Part shown: positions 1 through 9,534 of the stretch, piece after piece
Layout: each line of letters starts with the position of its first letter
Position numbering within the stretch: position 1 is the first letter of the stretch
Assembly: GCA_965205865.1 (NCBI GenBank)
Contig: CBDBHR010000003.1
Span: 1-64,000, forward strand
Direction of reading: 5' to 3'
Length of the DNA stretch: 64,000 nucleotides
From: a bacterium
GTDB taxonomy: Bacteria > SAR324 > NAC60-12
Notes under the pieces: model-generated
The model's input: only the letters and a program-made list of their open reading frames with translations
Database searches by the model: none
What the model was told of the DNA's origin: nothing
Position numbers and translations under genes: made by a program

Positions 1-17
1 CTGGCGAGCGCGAGTAG
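1..17 (+). CDS. 3' end of a PhyH-like dioxygenase paralog (gene lies upstream of the window)
   Basis: Bases 1-21 are identical to 3823-3843, the end (..GERE*) of the 2928..3839 gene. Confidence 0.6.
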
Positions 18-389
18 CCGAAAATCCGGGGACAGTTTCAAAAGCTCTTAATACTATAGAGACCAAAGTTATTAACCTGTTCAAAAAATAGAAATGCCAT
101 CAATTTTTCATATTTCTCAGTTTGAGAATCCTGAAGCTCTTGAGAGAAGATACTGCCAGAGACTTTGGTAAAAATAAACCATTCAGCATCTTGCCCCAAA
201 TTCTGTGGTGTCTTGATATCTACTCTGTCACTCACCATGCCGAGCAATCAATCTCTGTACGTAATTTCTCGATAGCTTCTTCTGTCTTTGGTTGGACATA
301 CGCATATTCTTCATCAAGTACTACGATCTTGTTGTATCCTTCATGGCTGATAGCGCACTTTAGGGGCATGACATTCTTTATCTAGTATT

Positions 390-507
390 GCGCAACGTTT
401 AGGTGAGGCCCGACCTTTCTTGGAAATCACTCAACTTCGTATAACTCAGAGCCTCGGGGAGTAGCAAAATCGCTGTTGTAAGCGTGGCCTCGACCGCCTT
501 GTTGGGC
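390..507 (-). other. attC integron cassette recombination site
   Basis: Minus strand: R'' GCCCAAC, 5-nt spacer, L'' GGTCGAGGCC ... L' GGCCTCACC, 5-nt spacer, GTT. L''/L' pair with one extrahelical C. Lies just after the hicB stop. Confidence 0.8.
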
Positions 508-525
508 ATTGATATTTTGTTTGTA

Positions 526-858
526 TTAGAGATGAGATGCTTTTTCCAGGACATCTGAAGCCCATTGATTGATACTCTTACCATTTACCTCAGCGGCAGT
601 TGCAACAGCGGCATGTACTTCTGGAGAAACCCGAAGCATAAGCTTTCCCGAAAATGGCTTTTTGGCAGGTCGGCCAGTTCGTTGACTGACCTCAAGATAA
701 TGATCGACGGATTCTTGAAAAGCAGTTTCAAGCTCATCTACTGTCGATCCGTGAAATACAACAATGTCATCAATCCCTGCCAATCGACCTGTAAAAATAT
801 GGTCTTCAGGATCGTATTCAATACGAGCTGCGTAGCCTTTAAAAATCATTGCATTCAT
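526..858 (-). CDS. hicB: HicB family antitoxin
   Basis: KGYAARIEYD..FHGSTVDELETAF..FSGKLMLRVSPEVH..SINQW; overlaps the upstream hicA by 4 nt. Confidence 0.9.
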   Translation of the reverse strand: MNAMIFKGYAARIEYDPEDHIFTGRLAGIDDIVVFHGSTVDELETAFQESVDHYLEVSQRTGRPAKKPFSGKLMLRVSPEVHAAVATAAEVNGKSINQWASDVLEKASHL

Positions 859-1109
859 GGTTGGACTCCCGCTTTCTCTAGAAATTCACGGGCGGCTTTT
901 ATACGATAGCGCAAAGCTTCTTTATTGGGATGAGGGCGATGAAAATCTGCCCGCTTTCCATTGAAAATGAAAGTAATTGCAGAACCAGTCCCTTCGTCTT
1001 TTTCAGCCCCCAAAGCTAGAAACAAGGCTTCAATCTTCCGCCATTGAAGATTCCCATTGATGGGATCCGTGAATATATTATTTAAGGTTTTGAGGTTATT
1101 TCTATTCAT
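855..1109 (-). CDS. hicA: HicA family toxin
   Basis: W.KIEALFLALG..G.GS..FHRPHP.KEA motif; paired with hicB. Confidence 0.9.
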   Translation of the reverse strand: MNRNNLKTLNNIFTDPINGNLQWRKIEALFLALGAEKDEGTGSAITFIFNGKRADFHRPHPNKEALRYRIKAAREFLEKAGVQP

Positions 1110-1114
1110 CTGTC

Positions 1115-1137
1115 ATGATAGCATCTTTAGCTATCAT
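1115..1137. promoter_or_regulatory. Probable HicB operator
   Basis: Perfect inverted repeat ATGATAGC-N7-GCTATCAT 5 bp upstream of hicA; related TGATATCA at 1151-1158. Confidence 0.6.
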
Positions 1138-1178
1138 TGCAATCAAAATATGATATCAACTTTTCTTTATTGTCGAGT

Positions 1179-1230
1179 GCCCAACTACAAGTTCACGGGC
1201 GCCCACCCAACGAGAAGGGTGGCTCGTTGT
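1179..1230 (-). other. Right half (L'/R') of an upstream attC site, start of the hicAB cassette
   Basis: Minus strand GTGAAC-TTGTA-GTTGGGC; GTTGGGC is the exact complement of R'' GCCCAAC at 501-507. Confidence 0.6.
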
Positions 1231-1391
1231 AGTGGTAAAGTAAAAAAAGCGATAGAATCGCTAAGCAAAGATCGCTAAGCAAAGAAGGACTCCTATGACC
1301 CATACCAACAAAAATTGCCCGCAACCCACCACGGACCTCACCACCGCCAATGCCAATTTGGATGAGATTGGCAATTGCATCAATTCTAAAA

Positions 1392-1514
1392 TAACCTGAA
1401 TTCGACATAAATCTTCAATAATATGAGTATCCTAGTGTATATGTCATCCTCGCGAAACTTGTCCCCGCGAAAGCGGGGAGCGGGGATCCAGATTTCAGTC
1501 TGGCTGCATACCTC
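1392..1514 (+). mobile_element. Truncated copy of the TAACCTGAGTTCGA MITE
   Basis: Matches the left part of the copies at 5343 and 27038; carries a 22-nt nested hairpin. Confidence 0.85.
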
Positions 1515-2394
1515 CTTAGTAGAATTCATCCGGAGGCTTGTCCGGGAACAGCCGCTGGGCACCGTGGGTGGCATCATCGCGCTGCTGCTGCTTTTCTGCG
1601 GCATCTTCGCCGATATGCTGGCCCCCTACGGGATGAACGAAATTCACCTGCTGGACAGGTATGCCCCGCCTTCCTGGAAATACCTGCTGGGTGCCGACCA
1701 GCTGGGGCGAGACATCCTCAGCCGAATCATCCATGGGGCACGCATTTCGGTGATCATTGGCCTCTCCGCAACCAGTATCAACCTAGTGGTCGCGCTGCTG
1801 ATCGGTGCAACGACCGGGTTCTTCGGCGGCAAGTTCGATATGGTGGTGCAGCGGTTTGTGGATGCGTGGATGGCCTTCCCAGGGCTGCTCATTCTGATCA
1901 CGGTGATGTCGTTGGTCGGACAGGGCCAGCTGCAGATCATCCTGGTGCTGGGCATTGTCGGCGGCATCAGCGGTTCGAGAATCGCGCGCAGCGCGGTCAT
2001 CGGCATCAAGGAGAATGTGTATTTTCTGGCAGCCAGGGCCGTGGGCGTCCCCATGCGCCAAATCCTCTTCCGGCATGTGCTGCCCAACATCATGGCGCCC
2101 ATGATCGTTATCTTCACCGTGACCATTGGCGACGTGATCATTGCCGAGGCCTCCCTGAGCTTCCTTGGTCTTGGGCTGCCCCCCGATGTCGCCAGCTGGG
2201 GAGGGATGCTCAGTTGGGAAGGACGCCGCTACATGGAGAGGGTCCCGGCGCTGGCTCTCTGGCCCGGGTTTTCCCTGTTCATCGTCGTCTGGGGCACCAA
2301 CATGTTCGGCGACGCGCTCAGAGACCTGCTCGACCCCAGCCTGAGAGGCGGTGGCGGGCGCTATGGTGCCGCGAAGACGAAGAAGGCTCTATGA
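1423..2394 (+). CDS. Peptide ABC transporter permease (DppC/OppC); first ~30 codons are MITE-derived
   Basis: LGADQLGRDILSRII.GAR.S, RHVLPN, EASLSFLGLG, GDALRDLLDP. Confidence 0.9.
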   Translation: MSILVYMSSSRNLSPRKRGAGIQISVWLHTSLVEFIRRLVREQPLGTVGGIIALLLLFCGIFADMLAPYGMNEIHLLDRYAPPSWKYLLGADQLGRDILSRIIHGARISVIIGLSATSINLVVALLIGATTGFFGGKFDMVVQRFVDAWMAFPGLLILITVMSLVGQGQLQIILVLGIVGGISGSRIARSAVIGIKENVYFLAARAVGVPMRQILFRHVLPNIMAPMIVIFTVTIGDVIIAEASLSFLGLGLPPDVASWGGMLSWEGRRYMERVPALALWPGFSLFIVVWGTNMFGDALRDLLDPSLRGGGGRYGAAKTKKAL

Positions 2395-2477
2395 AATAAC
2401 CTAAGGACGCCAACTTCCAGCGCTGCGGCCGGTCACCGGTGACGCAGTCCAAAACATGATCATTTAGAAAGGTATAG

Positions 2478-2900
2478 TAACCCGAATTTGGATTATCCTG
2501 GCACATTTTTTGGGTGTATGTCATCCTCGCGAATGCGGGGATCCAGGGTATTGAAATGAACCCTGGATTCCTGGTCCCGGATCAAGTCCGGGATTGCCAG
2601 GAATGACAACCTCGCCAATTTTCATGCTTGGATTATCCTGGCACATTTTTTGGGTGTATGTCATCCTCGCGAATGCGGGGATCCAGGGTATTGAAACGAA
2701 CCCTGGATTCCTGGTCCCGGATCAAGTCCGGGATTGCCAGGAATGACAACCTCGCCAATTTTCATGCTTGGATTATCCTGGCACATTTTTTGGGTGTATG
2801 TCATCCTCGCGAATGCGGGGATCCAGGGTATTGAAATGAATCCTGGATTCCTGGGCAAGCCAGGAATGACAACCTCGCCAATTTTCATGCCAGGACAAAC
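2478..2900 (+). repeat. Tandem array of three ~140-bp REP-containing units
   Basis: Units start at 2488, 2628 and 2768, each GTCATCCTCGCGAATGCGGGGATCC...GGATTCC..GGAATGAC; the third is shorter. Confidence 0.95.
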
Positions 2901-2927
2901 CTGAATCTGATCACCATAGGTATACTC

Positions 2928-3839
2928 ATGACTGATTTCAAAGCAATCACCTCCTCGCTCGAGGAACGGGGCTTCTGCGTTGTCCCGGAATTCCTGAGCC
3001 ATGAAGAGATCGACTTCCTCGTGGAAGAATTCGATGCCAGCCCAGACTATTCCCCCCCAACGAAAACCAAGCATGCGGCGCAGCACCTTGGCGATAGGCC
3101 AGTTGCCGGTCAAACCGGAGCTCTGCGTGCTAACGCAATGGGACGAAAAGAAACCTTCCAAAGAATAGGTCCGCGGATGGAAGCGTTTGCCCAGGGACTC
3201 ACCGGAGCCAAGGCCGCGCTCTATCAAATTCTCTATCAACAGACCCCGGTAACCAATCTTTCCTTTCATCAGGATCACGATCACTTTTTCCTGACGGAGT
3301 ACAATCGGACTCATCTCAATTACTGGATTCCGTTGGTCAAACCCTCGCGCACCGAGGCGGGACTGCGCCTGGTTCCCTGGGATCGGCTTCGCGAAAAGTC
3401 GCCGCGACTCTTTAACCTCTGTCGGCGCTCGGGCGCCAGTAGACTGCACTCGCTTCGTGACGGGGGTACCTTGTATATTTCCGACTGGAGCGGGGTTCAC
3501 TGGCTCGAGGAAGATCTTGAAATCGAGGAGGTCATGGAGACTCCGGAGGTGGGACCCGGCGACCTGCTGCTGCTGCGCGTCAACACCATCCACGCGACGC
3601 AGACGACCGACGATCGACGCCTCGCGGTTTCGTTACGCACTTGCGATCCGGAGACGCCAATCGACTGGCATCGGGTGGCCGGCAGTCCCACAATGGCAAT
3701 GATGCAACGTCTCGGAGGCTTTAAGGGGCGGACGGGGCCCAACAAGTTGTTTTCCCCGGTTTTTCAAGCCACCCAGGAAAACGACTTCGGCATCACTCTG
3801 GGGGACATCGTGCCGACCCTGACTGGCGAGCGCGAGTAG
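2928..3839 (+). CDS. Phytanoyl-CoA dioxygenase-like (PhyH) Fe(II)/2OG dioxygenase
   Basis: ERGFCVVPEFLS start, HQD, YWIPL, PGDLLL...IHAT...RLAVS. Confidence 0.8.
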   Translation: MTDFKAITSSLEERGFCVVPEFLSHEEIDFLVEEFDASPDYSPPTKTKHAAQHLGDRPVAGQTGALRANAMGRKETFQRIGPRMEAFAQGLTGAKAALYQILYQQTPVTNLSFHQDHDHFFLTEYNRTHLNYWIPLVKPSRTEAGLRLVPWDRLREKSPRLFNLCRRSGASRLHSLRDGGTLYISDWSGVHWLEEDLEIEEVMETPEVGPGDLLLLRVNTIHATQTTDDRRLAVSLRTCDPETPIDWHRVAGSPTMAMMQRLGGFKGRTGPNKLFSPVFQATQENDFGITLGDIVPTLTGERE

Positions 3840-3976
3840 CCGAGCCGACTTTGCGGAAGAAAATGTGGTGGTGAAAAGTAATTTATGCAACAATACCGGT
3901 GGCGGCAGTCCTGTGTTCGTGATCAGTGAAATTCAATGCCACCATCAACTGAAATAAACCATAACAAAGGAGAACA

Positions 3977-4813
3977 ATGACAGGAAGACTAGCAGACAAA
4001 GTAGCAATCGTCACCGGAGGCAACAGCGGAATGGGCGCGGGCACGGTGGAATTATTCGTGTCCGAAGGAGCCCGGGTGATGATTGCGGCCCGGGGAGAGG
4101 AAGCAGGTCAGGCGCTGGCTGACCGGCTGGGTGAGAATGCGATTTTCAAGCGCACCGACGTTTCCGTCGAAGCAGACGTGAAGGCGTTGATTGACACCAC
4201 CGTTGAAAAGTGGGGACGTCTTGACGTGCTGTTCAACAACGCCGGCATCGGGCAGGGATACGTCAATGTCGAGGAATTCAGCATGGACGATTTTGACACC
4301 CTCTTAAAGGCGAATCTGGCCTCTTGTTTCCTCGGCATCAAATATGCGGCACCGATTATGAAGCAGCAGGGCAGGGGCAGCATCATCAACAATGGCAGCA
4401 CCGCCGGTGTGACCACTGATGGCTCGGGCCCCCTCTATTCAGTAAGTAAAGCCGGGGTGATCCACATCACCAAAGTTTTGGCTGTTGAACTTAGAGAGCA
4501 CGGGATTCGTGTTAACTGCATCTCGCCTGGTGCAATCGTGACCCCCATCTTCTGGGGTGGACACCAGACACAGTCCGCTGAGGAAAACGAACTCCGGACC
4601 CGTCGGCTCACGGAATACTTTGATGATGATTTGAAACGTGCGGGGACCCCCGAAGACATTGCCTATGCCGCGTTGTATTTGGCGAGTGATGAGAGCCTCC
4701 ACACCACGGGGCTCAATATGAGGGTTGACGCCGGATTGACCTGTCATAGTCGCCCCCGGAAGGATCTCATCAGCCGGGGCGAAACAAGGTACAAAAAAAT
4801 TATTGGTGACTGA
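3977..4813 (+). CDS. SDR family oxidoreductase
   Basis: TGGNSGMG, NNAG, YSVSK; RBS AAGGAG. Confidence 0.95.
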   Translation: MTGRLADKVAIVTGGNSGMGAGTVELFVSEGARVMIAARGEEAGQALADRLGENAIFKRTDVSVEADVKALIDTTVEKWGRLDVLFNNAGIGQGYVNVEEFSMDDFDTLLKANLASCFLGIKYAAPIMKQQGRGSIINNGSTAGVTTDGSGPLYSVSKAGVIHITKVLAVELREHGIRVNCISPGAIVTPIFWGGHQTQSAEENELRTRRLTEYFDDDLKRAGTPEDIAYAALYLASDESLHTTGLNMRVDAGLTCHSRPRKDLISRGETRYKKIIGD

Positions 4814-5003
4814 GGAAAAGCCGCCAATTGTGAGTCATAATGCTGAAACGGCGAGTGCTCCGGAAACTGCCAAAGAAACTGCGGCACGTCAAGACGCTCG
4901 TGCGGAAAAATAGATTGACATATCCGGACAGATAGCCAGAACAGGCGTTCTGTGATGGGGTCTGGCCATTGATTATGTCTGATTTCTTAATTCTATCGAA
5001 AAA

Positions 5004-5078
5004 GGGTTAGGCCTTTGATTATTTAATTAAGAACGGGTCAAGTTTTTTGCCTTCTTTTCATTTAATCAAAGGCCTGCC
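5004..5078. repeat. ~75-bp element with AGGCCTTTGATTA terminal inverted repeats
   Basis: Reverse-complement relative of 22411-22496. Confidence 0.75.
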
Positions 5079-5190
5079 TCCTCATTAATGTGAAAATAAA
5101 AAGGAGTTCTATGAAATTTGGAGTTCAATTCAGTTGTTGTGCTTCAGGGTATTTCCATGCATGAGCAATGGCAATATCGAAGCTGAGTGC

Positions 5191-5340
5191 CCTGCTCGAC
5201 CCCAGCCTGAGGGGCGGTGGCGGTCGCTATGGAGCCGTGAAGACAAAGAAGGCTCTATAAAATTACCTAAGGACGCCGACCTTCAGCGCTGCGGCCGGTC
5301 ACCGGTGATGCAGTCCAAAACATTATCATTTGGAAAGGTA
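5191..5340 (+). pseudogene. Duplicated 3' end of the dppC-like gene and its downstream flank
   Basis: Close similarity to 2325-2474. Confidence 0.85.
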
Positions 5341-5342
5341 GG

Positions 5343-5556
5343 TAACCTGAGTTCGACAAAAATCTTCAATAATATGAGTATCCTAGTGTATTTGTCATCC
5401 TCGCGAAAGCGGGGATCCAGATTTCAGTCTGGCCGCATACCTCTGGATTCCTTCCCTGCGTACGCAGGGATCTCGCAGGAATGACAAGGTTTCTCTAAGA
5501 TATGAAGATTCCATAACATATTGAATTTATTAAATTCTTATCTCGAACTCAGGTTA
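5343..5556 (+). mobile_element. MITE with 14-bp TIR (TAACCTGAGTTCGA) and internal REP pair
   Basis: TAACCTGAGTTCGA...TCGAACTCAGGTTA; near-identical to 27038-27235. Confidence 0.9.
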
Positions 5557-5565
5557 GGTATACTC

Positions 5566-5890
5566 ATGACTGATTTCAAGGCAATCGCCTCCTCGCTCGA
5601 GGAACGGGGTTTCTGCGTTGTCCCGGAATTCTTCAGCCGTGATGAGATCGACTTCCTCGTGGAAGAATTCGATGCAAGCCCAGACTATCCCCCGCAAATG
5701 AAAACCAAGCATAACGCGCGGCACCTTGGCGATCAGCCAGTTGCCGGTCAAACCGGAGCTCTGCGTTCTACCGCAATGGGACGAAAAGAAACCTTCCAAA
5801 AAATACGTCCGCGGATGGAAGCGTTCACCCAGGGAATCACCGGAGCCAAGGCCGCACTCTATCATATCCTCTATCTCCAGACTCCGGGGA
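5566..5890 (+). pseudogene. Truncated PhyH-like paralog
   Basis: Matches the first ~108 codons of 2928..3839 and breaks just before the HQD motif. Confidence 0.9.
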
Positions 5891-5896
5891 GCAATC

Positions 5897-6242
5897 ATGT
5901 CTACACAAGATAACGCTAACAACAACGAGCAGCTCTTATTGCCCGGCCGCCTGGGTGATCCCCAGAGGGACTGGAGGAGCGATCCGCGCGTTGACCCTTT
6001 TATGATCGCCGCGATCGTCTAGCGTGACTTAGACGATGCCGTGGCCGACGGGTCGGCCGTTGGACGCGGATTCGCCTCTGAAGGAAAAACGCGACTATAT
6101 CGCAAAAATCGAGCCTGACCATGAAGTCCGGTTCAAAGCTTTGAACTCGGACCTTCCCCCGATTGAGAATGTGGAGCGGCGTAGCAAGGTCATCAAGGGT
6201 GTGGACGGGAATGACATCCACTTGTATAGTAAAAATCATTAA
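5897..6242 (+). pseudogene. Alpha/beta-hydrolase (esterase-like) N-terminal fragment, disrupted
   Basis: LPGRLGDP..DPRVDP and IKGVDGNDIHLY in separate frames with a stop between. Confidence 0.55.
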
Positions 6243-6341
6243 GATCCGCACGTTCGCTCTGGATGAGAAATATTTTTTTACAATAATTTCAATATCTTAT
6301 GTTTGATATATTAAATACAGGAAACCCGAATTAATCCTTGG

Positions 6342-9300
6342 TCAGTGAAAGTCCCGGCTTTTGACTTGGATTGATTTATGCTTCAGTTGTGGTTCCCAGA
6401 TCATTTCTGCCACCAGGTGGGTCACTCCTTCGGCCACTTGCAGATTTCCAGTCACTCCCATGCAGGAAAGCGTTTTTGCTTGCAAGGAATAGCGCTCGAA
6501 AATCTTTTTCCAGATGACCAAGTTCACGAACCCCGTTTCGTCTTCAAGAGTCATGAATGTGACACCCCGCGCCGTCCCTGGTCGTTGGCGGCAAATGACC
6601 ATACCCGCATAGCGGACTCTGCGTCCGCCTGGCATTTGGTTGAGTTGACGAGCAGTGGGAAGTCCACGAGCCGACAGAGCAGGACGAAGTGGTTTGAGTA
6701 GGTGTCCCCGCGGGCTGTGGCTGCTGGTCTGGTGGTCCCATATGATTGATTCCAGACTACTCAGGGGGAGAAATTTAGGCAATGAGGTGTTGTTACTCAA
6801 TGGCAGTAAGGGTTTTTCCTGGTTTGCAAATCCCTGTATCTGCCACAGTGCGCTACGGCGGTCCAAAGCAAAACACTCGTAGGCGCCTGCCTCGGCCAAG
6901 GCTTCCAACTTGTTCTGGCGGAGACCACTTCGCCAGACAACATCCTGAAGATTACGAAAAGGAAGCTGTCGATTTGCCGCTACCAGCTTTTGCCAGTCTC
7001 GCTCCCCCAGTCCTTTGACGAAACGCAACCCCATGCGAACTGCAAAAGAAGTGGATTGCTTTCGATGACTGTCAGTCTCAACAAGAGTGCAATCCCAGTG
7101 GCTCTCGAGAATATTGACGGGTTGCACCGCGACCCCATGAATCCGGGCGTCATTGACGATGGTGGCGACGGAGTAGAAGCCCATCGGCTGCGCATTGAGC
7201 AAGGCGCAGATAAACTCTGCCGGATAATGACATTTGAGATAGGCGGTGGCATAGGCAATATGAGCAAAACTGGCAGCATGACTCTCGGGGAAGCCGTATT
7301 CTCCAAAGCCACGGATCTGCTGAAAGATACGCTTGGCAAACTCCTGCCGGATTCCTTTCTTCACCATGCGAGTAACAAGCCTCTCCTGGTGCCGCTCTAT
7401 GCGCCCTGATCGTCTCCAAGCCGCCATGTCCCGCCTGAGTTGGTCGGCTTCACCGGGGGTGTAGTCGGCTGCCACCATCGCTAATTGCATCACCTGCTCT
7501 TGGAACAGTGGAATGCCCAGTGTTTTCTTCAAAACCGGAATGAGAAATGGGTGGGGATATTCGATCTCCTCCTCTCCATTACGTCTTCGTAGATAAGGAT
7601 GGACCATACCCCCGCTGATCGGTCCGGGACGAACAAGGCTGATCTCGATCACCAAGTCATAATAATTGCGAGGTTTGAGCCGTCCCAACATGGCCATTTG
7701 GGCACGGCTTTCGATCTGAAACACTCCCACCGTATCGCTGTCACAGACCATATCATAGGTGGGGGCATCTTCCCTGGGGATGGTGACAAGAGAAAGCTTT
7801 TGCCGACGATGCTTCCAGAGGAGATCGAAGCAAAGGTGAAGATGGGTAAGGGCTCCCAATCCCAGCAGATCTACCTTGAATAGACCTGCTTGCTCCACGT
7901 CGTCCTTGTCCCACTGGATAACCGTTCTCCCTTCCATAGAGGCGTTTTCGATCGGCACTAAGTTGTGGACGGGACAATGGCCCAACAGAAAACCTCCGGG
8001 ATGAATGGAGAGATGGCGGGGAAAATCCTGAATCTCTTTCACTAAAGGAATCAGATGGCGCAGCGCCGGATTCCCGGGGTCGAGTCCTGCCTGCCGAATG
8101 ACCTCATCGCTCCAACGGTCGTGGGAAATCAGCTTAGCCAGTCGACCCAGGCTGGTTGCCGAAATTTCCAGCACTTTTCCTATTTCCCGGATAGCAGATC
8201 GGTATCGGTAACGGACTACATTGGCCACCATGGCAGCGTTCTCCCGTCCATACTTTTCGTAGACAAACCGGATCACCTCTTCCCGGCGTTTGTGCTCGAT
8301 ATCGAGATCAATATCCGGAGGCTCAGCCCTTTCCCTGGATAAGAAACGCTCGAAAAGAAGATCTACCTGGGTTGGATCCACGCTGGTGATCCCCAGTGCG
8401 AAGCAGACGGCAGAATTGGCAGCCGACCCACGACCCTGGTAAAGGATGTCTTGACGGCGACAGTATTCCACGATGACATGCATAGTCAGGAAGTAACCCT
8501 CGTATTCCAATTCCTTGATCAGCGCGAGTTCTTTCTCCAATTGTGGAATTTGCTCTTGAAACTTTCTGCCCAAGCGGCGGGCTGCGCCTTTGAAAGTGCA
8601 ATCTCGTAAATACTGGCTGGATGTCTTGCCTTCTGGTAATTGTTCCAGTGGATAACGGAAATGTAACTCTTTGAATGAAAAGGAACAACGGGCAGCAATC
8701 TCTCGGGTGCACATGACTGACTGAGGATCATCAAGAAAAAGTTTTGCAAGATCATCCGGGTTTTGCAAAGCGTACTGGTCGTTGGGCTGGATAAGCCGGC
8801 CAGCCGTGTTCAGGGTCACTCCTTCCCTGATACAGGTCAAAACGTCCTGCAATCGGCGCCGTTCGGGAGCGTGATAAAGGACTTCCACGGCAGCCACCAT
8901 GGGAAGGTCAAAACGGTCCGCCAATCTACGAAGTCGATCCTCCCGCAATACCTCTTCCGCTCTACAATGTCTGGTTAAAAGTAAATAGAGACGGTCTTCG
9001 AATGCTGATTCGAGCTGTTCCAGAACACGCTCCGGACCGCCCTCCGGAGGAGCATCCGGTTCAGACCGGCCAATCCACAGGGCAATCAATCCGGGATTGG
9101 AATGATAAACTTCCTGCCAGCTCAGCTTGCATTTTCCCTTTGAGGAACGCCGATGTCCCTCGGTCAACAAGTGACAGAGATTTTGGTAGCCTACTTTGTT
9201 TTGAACCAGCAAGAGGATTTCCGATCCGTCCTGTAGGCTGAGCTGAGATCCTACAATCAAGTGAATACCCAACTGAGAGGCTCGAACATGAGCCTTGACG

Positions 9301-9518
9301 ATCCCATAGACCCCATTGCGATCGGTCAACGCCAGGGAAGGAATGCCTTTCTGCTGACAGGCGTCGACCAACTCCTCGGGATGGCTGGCCCCTTCCAGAA
9401 ATGAATAGTTGCTCTTACACCAGAGGGGAACGTAGGATTGAGCGGGAACAGGTTTTTGAGCACCTGTCCGCTTGGGGACCAAAGGAAATCTCGAGTATTC
9501 TGTTGTCTTGGCGATCAT
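6342..9518 (-). CDS. dnaE2: Error-prone DNA polymerase DnaE2 (ImuC)
   Basis: PHP domain, GRGSAANS, PPDIDLD, GFPESHAASF, C-terminal SRDFH. Confidence 0.97.
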   Translation of the reverse strand: MIAKTTEYSRFPLVPKRTGAQKPVPAQSYVPLWCKSNYSFLEGASHPEELVDACQQKGIPSLALTDRNGVYGIVKAHVRASQLGIHLIVGSQLSLQDGSEILLLVQNKVGYQNLCHLLTEGHRRSSKGKCKLSWQEVYHSNPGLIALWIGRSEPDAPPEGGPERVLEQLESAFEDRLYLLLTRHCRAEEVLREDRLRRLADRFDLPMVAAVEVLYHAPERRRLQDVLTCIREGVTLNTAGRLIQPNDQYALQNPDDLAKLFLDDPQSVMCTREIAARCSFSFKELHFRYPLEQLPEGKTSSQYLRDCTFKGAARRLGRKFQEQIPQLEKELALIKELEYEGYFLTMHVIVEYCRRQDILYQGRGSAANSAVCFALGITSVDPTQVDLLFERFLSRERAEPPDIDLDIEHKRREEVIRFVYEKYGRENAAMVANVVRYRYRSAIREIGKVLEISATSLGRLAKLISHDRWSDEVIRQAGLDPGNPALRHLIPLVKEIQDFPRHLSIHPGGFLLGHCPVHNLVPIENASMEGRTVIQWDKDDVEQAGLFKVDLLGLGALTHLHLCFDLLWKHRRQKLSLVTIPREDAPTYDMVCDSDTVGVFQIESRAQMAMLGRLKPRNYYDLVIEISLVRPGPISGGMVHPYLRRRNGEEEIEYPHPFLIPVLKKTLGIPLFQEQVMQLAMVAADYTPGEADQLRRDMAAWRRSGRIERHQERLVTRMVKKGIRQEFAKRIFQQIRGFGEYGFPESHAASFAHIAYATAYLKCHYPAEFICALLNAQPMGFYSVATIVNDARIHGVAVQPVNILESHWDCTLVETDSHRKQSTSFAVRMGLRFVKGLGERDWQKLVAANRQLPFRNLQDVVWRSGLRQNKLEALAEAGAYECFALDRRSALWQIQGFANQEKPLLPLSNNTSLPKFLPLSSLESIIWDHQTSSHSPRGHLLKPLRPALSARGLPTARQLNQMPGGRRVRYAGMVICRQRPGTARGVTFMTLEDETGFVNLVIWKKIFERYSLQAKTLSCMGVTGNLQVAEGVTHLVAEMIWEPQLKHKSIQVKSRDFH

Positions 9519-9534
9519 GTCATCTCCATTCTAA

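Noticed and set aside
2488-2890. CRISPR array
   Set aside because: Units are near-identical 140-mers with no unique spacers; no cas genes
2661-3593. 310-aa minus-strand ORF
   Set aside because: Antisense shadow of phyH extended through the repeat array
5111-5164. Gene start MKFGVQF with RBS
   Set aside because: Stops after 17 codons; too short to assign
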